Virus record (IMG/VR): IMGVR_UViG_3300045999_007835
Length of the DNA: 64,000 nt
DNA from: an uncultured virus (IMG/VR IMGVR_UViG_3300045999_007835)
Taxonomy: Duplodnaviria; Heunggongvirae; Uroviricota; Caudoviricetes
Reading direction: 5' to 3' (one strand)
Below, piece by piece: positions 18,349 through 27,400 of the stretch (position 1 is the stretch's first letter; every line of letters starts with the position of its first letter). The position numbers and the translations under genes are program-made. The notes under the pieces were generated by a model. The model was not told the origin of the DNA. It was given only the letters and a program-made list of their open reading frames with translations, and did not search any database.

Positions 18349-21204
18349 GTGACTACACAATTCTACGAGGCGGTACTACCGCCCACTGGGAACTACTGCG
18401 CTGTCGGCATTATCAACAAGCGTGTGGTGCATAGTTTCCATACAACGTTCAGTGAACTACTTCAGAGGGGGGAGGAGCTAAGCAAAGAGGGGCTTAACGC
18501 CTACTTTGCGCTGGCTACCTTCGAGAAGCCTGAGGATGGGCGCAAAGCAACCAATGCAGTAGAACTTCAAGCGCTATTTCTTGATATCGACTGTGGGTAT
18601 AACAAGCCCTATCCCGATAAAATAGCGGGCAGCCAAGCACTGCGGGAGTTCGTCGACCGTCGAGGTTTGCCAGAACCTGTTCTGGTGGATTCCGGTCGGG
18701 GCCTGCACGTGTACTGGCCGTTGAAGGCGCCTTTGTCCGCCGCCGACTGGCGGAACTACGGGCTGCGCCTGAAGCAAACCTGCATCAACGACAAGTTCGC
18801 CATCGACATCGCAGTGCCGACCGATGCTGCGCGCGTGTTGCGGATGCCGGATACGAAGAACTTCAAGTCGAGCCCGCCATCGCCTGTCATGTTGATGACG
18901 GAGATGCAGCGGTACGACATTGAGGATGTGGTCAAAGGGCTGGACGAAGGTCCCGCCGTCACGATGGACTTGCGCTCGGCTCGCGAGTACGGGCTCGATG
19001 AGATGACGCGCAAGATGGCCGGAGGGGACTTCCCCCCGACCTCGTTTGCACGATTGGCTTCACGTAGTTTGAAGGGGGATGCTGGGTGTCGACAGATCGC
19101 ACACGCGCTGATGAACGCAGAGACGCTGGAGGAGCCGCTTTGGCGCGCGGCGCTTTCGATCGCGTGGCGCTGCACAGACGCAGAAACCGCGATACACAAG
19201 CTTTCCTCACCACATCCCGAATATACCTCGGAGTTAACTCTGCAAAAAGCGGAGAATACCCGAGGACCGATGACCTGTGCATGGTACCGCCAGAACTACC
19301 CGCAACACTGCGAAGGCTGCCCGCACTCAGTAACAAGCCCGATACAACTTGGGCGCAAGATTGAAGCCGCCCCCGTTGAGGAGGGCGTAACGGTTGTCCC
19401 CACAGCACCTGTACCGCAGATACCTGCGTATCCGTTCCCGTACTTCCGTCCCGCTACGGGCGGCGTGTATCGCAAAGAGAAGGACAAGGACAACAACCCG
19501 ACCGAGGTCAAGGTGTACGCATACGATCTGTATGCCACTGCACGGTACTACGATTCGGATGAGAACGGCGATGGTGACGGCGAGCTGGTCAGTATCTGCA
19601 TCACGAGCCCACAGGACGGCGTCCGCCGCCTGACGGTGCCTACCACCACACTGCTATCGAAGGAGAAGGCTCGCGAGCTTCTCGTCAAACACGGTGTGGT
19701 TGCGCTCAATAAACAGTTGGAAGACATCATGGCGTACTTTGCATCAACGATCCGAGACTTGCAGCGTAAGAGCCCCGCTACGCGCATGCACAACCAGATG
19801 GGGTGGACGGCGGACCTCGATGGGTTCGTAGTGGGCGAGACCGAGTACACACTGCACGGGCCCAAGTTCACACCGGCATCACTCGCTACGCGCAGCATCA
19901 CGCCGTACCTAACCAGTAAGGGGTCGCTTGAGAACTGGCGGTCGGTCGTTGACTTCTATGCGCAGCCGGGCATGGAGGCCCATGCGCTTGCGGTGTTCTT
20001 CGGCTTCGGCGCAGTCTTACTCAAGTTAGTAGGCGGCCTCGAGGTACAGGGTGCCACAGTTAACCTGATGTCTAACCGATCTGGCACTGGTAAAACAACT
20101 GCACAGATGGTCGTCAATAGCATCTTCGGCCACCCCAACGCACTCCTCATGCGGAAGAACGACACGATCGCATCGAAGATGCAGTGGCTGGGCATGCTGA
20201 ACACGATCCCTGCCACGATGGACGAGGTGACCAACCTAACCGATGAGCAGTTGTCCGATCTGATCTACGACATCCCGCAGGGGCGTGGGCGCAACCGTAT
20301 GGAGGCGCAGGTCAACAAGCTCCGGGTCAATAAGACGTCATGGAGCACGTTCCTCATCACGTCGAGCAACTCCTCGCTCTACGACAAACTATCATCGCAT
20401 AAGGCCACAGCCGACGGCGAACTGCGTCGGTTGATTGAACTGCGCATCACGCGTCCGCTCAACATCACCAAGGCTGAGTCTGATGCGGTGTTCGGCAAGC
20501 TTCAGCACAACTACGGACTGGCAGGTCCCATCTTCGTCAACTATGTTCTTGCCAACAAGGACAGACTGCGCACTTTTACGCTAGGCGTTCAGTCTCAACT
20601 TGATCGACTCCTCAACAACCAGCAGCAGGACCGCTACTACTCGATCATCGGCGCATGCGCCATCGCAGCGGGGCACATCACAAGAGAGATCGCTCTGCAC
20701 AACATCCCGGTCGACCCCGTCATCACGTATCTGGTCAACACGCTGAACAACATCCAGATCGACGTGCTGCAGCCCGCAGCCGACTCGAAGGGCATCGCGG
20801 TGGAGGCGCTGAGTTCATTCATCGGGGAGAACCTGCACAACGCTCTGGTTGTGAACGGCAACCGTGTGGGCACCAACGCGCCAATCGCGCGCTTCCTGCC
20901 GCGTGGCCCGCTGCGGTTCCGATTCGAGCCAGACACTGGCTTCGTGTGGATCCCGGTGGGGCCGTTCAAGGAATACCTGACCACACGGCAGATCGATGTG
21001 CGGGCATCCTTGAGCGAGCTTGCGCATCTAGGCTACGCTACTTCAGCGTCCTCTTGCATGAAGCGTATCGCGGCTGGTGCGCTAGAGGGGTTGGATGCGT
21101 CCGCAGTGCGCTGCTACCAGTTTGTAGCGTCGACGTTAGGAATTGATGCTGATGCTTTCAAGACCGTTAGTCCCAGCGAGGGCGATAACCCCCCTGCCGG
21201 ATGA
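18349..21204 (+). CDS. Primase-polymerase (AEP/RepB-like) fused to DUF927 and a helicase domain
   Basis: FLDIDCG, DSGRGLHVYW, RVLRMP, EPLWRAALS, Cys cluster, QMGW, SGTGKTT, DEVTN. Confidence 0.88.
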   Translation: MTTQFYEAVLPPTGNYCAVGIINKRVVHSFHTTFSELLQRGEELSKEGLNAYFALATFEKPEDGRKATNAVELQALFLDIDCGYNKPYPDKIAGSQALREFVDRRGLPEPVLVDSGRGLHVYWPLKAPLSAADWRNYGLRLKQTCINDKFAIDIAVPTDAARVLRMPDTKNFKSSPPSPVMLMTEMQRYDIEDVVKGLDEGPAVTMDLRSAREYGLDEMTRKMAGGDFPPTSFARLASRSLKGDAGCRQIAHALMNAETLEEPLWRAALSIAWRCTDAETAIHKLSSPHPEYTSELTLQKAENTRGPMTCAWYRQNYPQHCEGCPHSVTSPIQLGRKIEAAPVEEGVTVVPTAPVPQIPAYPFPYFRPATGGVYRKEKDKDNNPTEVKVYAYDLYATARYYDSDENGDGDGELVSICITSPQDGVRRLTVPTTTLLSKEKARELLVKHGVVALNKQLEDIMAYFASTIRDLQRKSPATRMHNQMGWTADLDGFVVGETEYTLHGPKFTPASLATRSITPYLTSKGSLENWRSVVDFYAQPGMEAHALAVFFGFGAVLLKLVGGLEVQGATVNLMSNRSGTGKTTAQMVVNSIFGHPNALLMRKNDTIASKMQWLGMLNTIPATMDEVTNLTDEQLSDLIYDIPQGRGRNRMEAQVNKLRVNKTSWSTFLITSSNSSLYDKLSSHKATADGELRRLIELRITRPLNITKAESDAVFGKLQHNYGLAGPIFVNYVLANKDRLRTFTLGVQSQLDRLLNNQQQDRYYSIIGACAIAAGHITREIALHNIPVDPVITYLVNTLNNIQIDVLQPAADSKGIAVEALSSFIGENLHNALVVNGNRVGTNAPIARFLPRGPLRFRFEPDTGFVWIPVGPFKEYLTTRQIDVRASLSELAHLGYATSASSCMKRIAAGALEGLDASAVRCYQFVASTLGIDADAFKTVSPSEGDNPPAG

Positions 21205-21415
21205 GCTGCGGTTCATCTATATCTACGGGATAAATTACTACATCCCGTGGGAGGCAATGCCCCCGGGCAGCTCTGTGTTCCTGAAGACGACCGCTGATGC
21301 GGCAGAGATCAAGAGCCAGCTTGCCCGGGCCAACAACTACTTCGGCTGCCAGTTCGTTGCGCACAACCGCTGTGAGTACGGCTATTACGGCATCCGAATC
21401 TGGCGGCTACGTTAG
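21143..21415 (+). CDS. Conserved hypothetical protein (start uncertain)
   Basis: IPW..M.PG.SVF...E.G.YGIRIWR; last gene of the + arm. Confidence 0.65.
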   Translation: MMLMLSRPLVPARAITPLPDELRFIYIYGINYYIPWEAMPPGSSVFLKTTADAAEIKSQLARANNYFGCQFVAHNRCEYGYYGIRIWRLR

Positions 21416-24400
21416 AGCTTCAAGTAGTTGCGCACGTCCCGAGTCCATTCAAACATCTGCTGCTCGTAGCGCTTGATCTCTTCCATCTGCTGCGCCCGTT
21501 CTTTCTGGGTCAAGGATTGCGCGGCGTCAGAGCTACTCAGCCAGTTGCGATAGGCACGGGTCCGCTCGATCTCTTTGAGCGTGCTGTTGACAGCCTTGTA
21601 GAGCATGAGCTTGTCGGCGTTCTTCTCGGCAAAGTCCGCAGCGCGACCAAGATCCTCTTTCATCAAGCTGTTCAGCGTGTTCTGTGTCTGCACAACCTTC
21701 TCGCGAAGATCGTAGAACTCGCCTGCGCGGCGCGTTCCCACCGGGTCATACGTGAACGCAGTCAGCCCCACCATCTGATGCAGGGGGCGGTCAATCCGAT
21801 CCGGGTTCAGCATAGCGTCCGTTGTTGCGAACAGAAGCCCTGCCGTCGTGCCAAGATACCCTTGCAGGAAGTTGTCAATCTTGATTGGTGAGACTTGAAA
21901 GCCGGTCGTATCCGCAGTGAAGCGTGCGATGTTCTTTGACAACTCAGAGGTGCGAGACGTCGTACGTTCGCTGGGTAGCAGTCCAGCTTGGTAGGTACCC
22001 TCAAGCGCCCGACCGCTAAGGAACGAGTAGTTGGTTATGTTCTCGAGGAGCGGCTTGAAAGACGCCGGCATGTAGCCGCGTCCAGAGTACTCATCGAACG
22101 CTGCCTTGAACCACGAGATGACGGCCTCGGCAGCAACAGCTTCGTCCGGTGTGCCCTGCTTGCGCATGGCTTCCAGCACGCGCTCGGGCAGCGCTTTGAA
22201 GATCAGGCCCAGTTCGCCCGGTACGGGGATGCCAAAGCCGTCGCCGATGACCCACGTCTTGTCCCGCTCACGCAGGTCCATGTTCTCGTATTCTTCGTCG
22301 CCGGCTTTTGCGAGCGAGTAGAGGACTGCCACTGAAGTGGCATAGGCAGCTGCCGTATAGAACTGCTTGAGCGCCGCACCGCGCTCCTGCCCTGAGGGGG
22401 CGTCCTTACCCGTGAGACTGCGATACAGCACATCCATACCTTGGATGTATGCGTTGTAGAAGGGGATCACCTGCGTCAGCATGTGCACGATGCCAAGCTG
22501 ATCGCCCATGCCGTACCGACGGAAATTGATGATCTCCCGCGCCCGGTGAAGCGCCAGTAGCTGGTCGCCGCCTTCGTAGAGAGTCTGCTCGTAGATCGCA
22601 CGGCGCAGCGCGAAGTCAGAGGCCCGAGCAATGTCGCTCATGCGATACACAAACTCACCCACTGCCCCGCCTCGGCGGGGTTTGACGCCCATACTCCGCA
22701 GGAACGAATCAGCAGCCTCGTCCGTACGGAAGTCGAAGTCGCCTACGACGCCGTACTCACCAAGCTCGTGCGTGATCTGTGGCAGCTTGCCCAACACTGC
22801 TGCTTTGGAATACTCCGTGAAGTTCGTAAGCGTCCGTGCAGTCAGCATGGCGGCGTCTTTGACGCCCGAGTACATGATCGCGCGCTGGATATCCTGTGGG
22901 ATCTGCGTTGCCGTAAAAGTCGGCACCGCCGTGATGGCCGTGCGCAGCACCTGCGAGAACTGGCTCATCACATTAAAGAGCGGTGGCAAGGGTGCGATCT
23001 GGATATTAAACGCAGCAGCGTGGTACGCAGAGGGCGTCTCGAAGTAGACTTCGTTGCCCTTGGAGTACGCCTTTACTACGCGCTGCTTGTTGTTGGAGTT
23101 AACCTGTGCGGCACCGCCCGGCAGGAACCGAGCTTGCCCGACCTTCTCTAACGCGCGCAGTGTACGGATGGTGGCATCGGTCTGCACGACCTGACGCGCA
23201 CTCCAGCCCAGCCAGTTGAAGTAGTTGTCGAGTGCGTTCTTAACGGGCCGATCAATCAGCGGTGCATCCACAAGCTGGGGGTTAGCCTTGCCCACCTGCG
23301 CGATACCGCGCCCCAGCCTCCGGCCTGACCGGAAGTAGGAGTCGATGTCATTTACGCCTTCGCGGTCGAACGGGATGTAGGCAGTAGCGGTCTTCCAATC
23401 GTCGGCCATCTCTTGCGGGATGCGCCCCACCTTCACCATGTTGTCGATTGCGTCGAAGCGCGCATCGTCAAGGATTTTCCGCAGGGTGCGGTGGAACGTT
23501 GGGTCAGACGAGTAGATCCCGTAGTACTTGTTGATGTCGGCATCCGACATTGAGACAGGGAACTCGCGGCCCTTAGCCATTGAAGCGTTGAGGTCCTTGA
23601 ACTCTTTCTGCCGCGCGGACTCCATGATCTTGCCCGCTTCGTCGTACGCCTTTTGGAACGACATGTTCTGCGACTTGGCCCACGTCTCAATGACGCTCAG
23701 CACATCTGCCGGCGGACGCAGATTGGGCTTTGCAACAGCACGCCAGAGGCCCGTGGCCTTGTCCTTGGCAAGTGAACCCAAGCGCAGATATGCAGGGATC
23801 AGCTGGTCGGACGCTTCAGCTTGGCGGTACAGAGGCTCTAGGCTGGCCCGTCCCAGCGCGTTGCGCACGGCACCGTTGAAGTTCTTGGAGATTGCCTCAA
23901 GCGCAGTGGCACCCTTGTCTGCGATGCGCGTACGAAACTTCGTGACGAAGTCGGTGGCGGTTTGGGCCATCTGCAGGCTGGGGCCGCCCGCTGGAAATGC
24001 TCCGTCGTAGGCCGCAGTTTCGGCTACTGTGGCTGGGGCTTCTGGGACTGCCGCTCCTGATGGCGCAGCTTGGCTAGGAATTCCGGCAGGGACGCGGACC
24101 GGTCTAGCACGTTTAGCGCCCTGCCCAGCGCCGCCGGGTACGCTGGGTCGCCCTCCTCTTGGTCCGCCAGCAGTTTCCATTGCGACACGAGGGCCTTCAT
24201 CTCGGGCTTGCTCGTAGCTAGAGTCTTTGAAGCGGTTTCCAATAGGCTCGAAATTTCCATCGGTAAATTCCTTTGCAAGGAAATCAAAGATGTCTTTGTT
24301 GTCCTTGATGTGTTTGACAAAGTACTTCTTCAGCGCAAACATGTCAAACGCATCAGAGGTCTCGAGTAAGGTCATTACCTTCTGCATTTCTGACGCAAAG

Positions 24401-27400
24401 TCGGCCCCATGATTTCGCTCTTTGAAATGCGCTAACTCGTGCTGCATGGTCCCTAGCATAGAGACCGCAATCTCAGCCGGGTTCCCGCGAAGCTTGGCGT
24501 ACGACGGGTTGATGAACATACCCTTGAACGGCACGCGGATGTTGACGCCGACGTACTCCCGGTCGAGGCTTACACCAATACCCTCGTCATCCAGCGATGC
24601 ATAGTCAGAAGACGCCCGTGCAAGTGCGTCTCGCAGCCGCTTAAACGTTTCGCCTACCCCGTAGAAGTATTGGTTAACGCGCTTCGCCCCAAACTGATCA
24701 ACTGCTGCTGCGTAAAGCGTTTTCCCGGTATCGGGATTCTGCATGTTGTTGTGCAGAATGACCTTGTTGGGATCGATAGAGCTTTGAGGGATCGTAAGCG
24801 CATTTATATCAATACTAGCGTTTTTGAGGTCGTCCTTTGTGATCTCTGGCGTCGCCTTGCCGTTGATGTAGAGGACGCCGTCTTTTACCTCAACCTTATC
24901 TTTTGGGTTGATCTTGGGCAGGGTCGCAGTGGTAGCGGGTATTTCAGGTCGAATGTCTTCTTCCGCTGTGGTTGTCCCATTTTCGTTGATATATTGGATT
25001 AGCCCAAACCCCGTGCTTTCATCAGTCAACTGCTCTTGCCCGTATAGCACAGTGAGATAGCGCTGGATCTGCTCCATATCTTTCTCCGCCGAGGGGCTAA
25101 ATCTTTGGCGGTTAAGATCAAATGGATATCCGGGGTGTTCAGGGGGCACCGATGCGGAGACATCTAGATAAATTTGCCGCCGCATAGCCGTACGGGTAGC
25201 AGGATCTTCTAAACGCTGACTAAACTGCCATAGCCCATTAGATGAAACATAAAGATTTCTCCAAATGTATTCGTCTTTTGGTATTGGGTTTGACACGTAT
25301 ATCCGCGCTGTACCCCATGCAAACTTTACATTTGCAAGGGGGGTGTATTTATCTATCGGAAAATTTGCCCCAATAGGCTGTGTATCCGAATGATTGGCAT
25401 ACCGTAAATCCTGAGTAGTGACTTCTACATTTGCAAACAAAGGACTACGCAGTAATGAATCATCTTCCTCAAGCTGATAAGTGGTAAATTTAATAGGTAG
25501 CGTGTCGCCCGTACTTTCGTCTACGTAGGTCTCAGGGATGGTTACCGTAACGCTTGTGCCGTGCCCATCTGGGAACAGCGTATTGGTAGCTTGTTCAATC
25601 TCAATAGGATTATTTGTAACTTCAATTGTCGGTGGCGGGACCGTACCATCAAGCGCAGAAAAGAGGTCCGGACCAGTGGTTGTCATTTGTGCAAGCCGCC
25701 CGTCCCTCAGCGATACAACCTCCAGTTGTTTATTCCCAAACAAGAATTGCATTTTGGCGATGCCAAAGCCCCCGGACGCACGTTCCGTACCCTTCTTTGT
25801 ACCTGCTATTTCCAAGAATTCTTTGCCCATTACGGAAGCGGGCATACCGGCACCGTTGTCGATAATTTGGATCGTACGCTTTTCTTGGTTGTACCGAATT
25901 TGAATCCGCCCTTTCGGAATATCGCCAGACTCCAACGCTTCTTTGACCGCGTCAAAGGCATTCTGGAACAGCTCTTTCTGCGTCACAGCAGGCATCGTTT
26001 CCGGGCTGCCGTACAGCTTCGGGCCAAGGAGTTTGGCAAGGCGCGCCGTATTGGCCCCTACTTTAGCTTCGACTGTTTCCAGAGAACGAAGCGGAGACCC
26101 ACGATTAATCTCATCATCCTGCGCAATACGCAAAGCTGTCTCTGGAGTTAGGTCCCCCGCACGGTTCAGCCGGCGAGTTTTCTGTTTGGACTCTGTGGAT
26201 AGCGAGCCGTATTCCGGCAGTTCATCAATTTTGCGGCGTATGCTTGTCCACTGTTGCGCAGCTTCAAGATCTTCTTGCAGTTCACGTTCCGAGCGCTCAT
26301 CGCGAGGAGGCGGAGGTTTAGGAGCAGGCGGCTCAGCGGGCGTAGGCGGCGTAGGCGGCGTAGGCGCTGCTGCTCGCGTACGCCGAGCTGGTTTAACCGC
26401 AGGTGCGGGAGCAGTGGGCGGAGTAGGCGCAGGTGCGGTGGCGGGAGCCGCCGTGAAGTCGAGGTCTAGTTGACCCGATGGCGCCGCCGGTTCTCCAGTT
26501 CGCGGTGCAGCAGGTATCCCACGGCCTCCCAGTCCTCCGGGCTGAGCCGCTTGAGGTTGGGTGGGAGCACCGGCAGGAACGGCTGGTTGTGCAGCTCGTC
26601 CAGAAACTTCCACGCCTGCCCCAGTTCCTCCAAAGTCAAGTTCTGGTTGGACGGGAGCTGCAGGTACATTGGTTTGTGGAACGGAGACGGTTGCACGGGG
26701 CTTCTCCTCAAATGCGGGCGGCGTCGGCTCTGGCGCAAGAATCTGTTGGATCGCTCGCGCTCTCAGCCCCGTACCTTCAGTAAGGCTGGGGTCTCTCGAC
26801 ACCATAGCACGGAGGTCATTCGGCGTCTTGCCGATGACATTGTCTCGGAACCAGCTACGCACAGCGCGTTGCTGATTGCTGCCGCCTTCTACAGGAATGC
26901 CCGACGCAGTGAGATCCTCCAGCCGGATCTCATCACCAAATCGAAGATCAAGCTGCCCTTCGGCAGTGGGAGCACGTTGTGTAGCCTGCGTCGGCAAAGC
27001 GCGTCGGTCCCGCTGAATATCCTCTTGCAGCGCGGCAAGCGAGGGCGCGAGACGTTCGGCTTCGGCGCGAATCCTCATCGTCTCCCGCACTCGTTGCACA
27101 CGATCTTCTAAGGCCGATGCACGTTCATACTCCGCTTTGAGGCGTTCATTCTCACGCTGCAGCGTATCGAACTCTCGGCGCTTGGCTTGCAGGTCAGCAG
27201 TGCGCTCGGCCTCTTCTGCACGGGCCTCGGTGTCAATCCGGGGTTCTTGTGCGATCGACGGAATCGTCGGCGCGTAGCGGGCCATCTCGCCCGAGACATT
27301 TGCAATCTGCTCGGTCACGGCTACAGACTGTTTGCGAAGCTGTTCCTGCACCGCAGGATCGGAGGTCTGGCTGGCCTGAGCACGGAGCGTCTCTTGCTCG

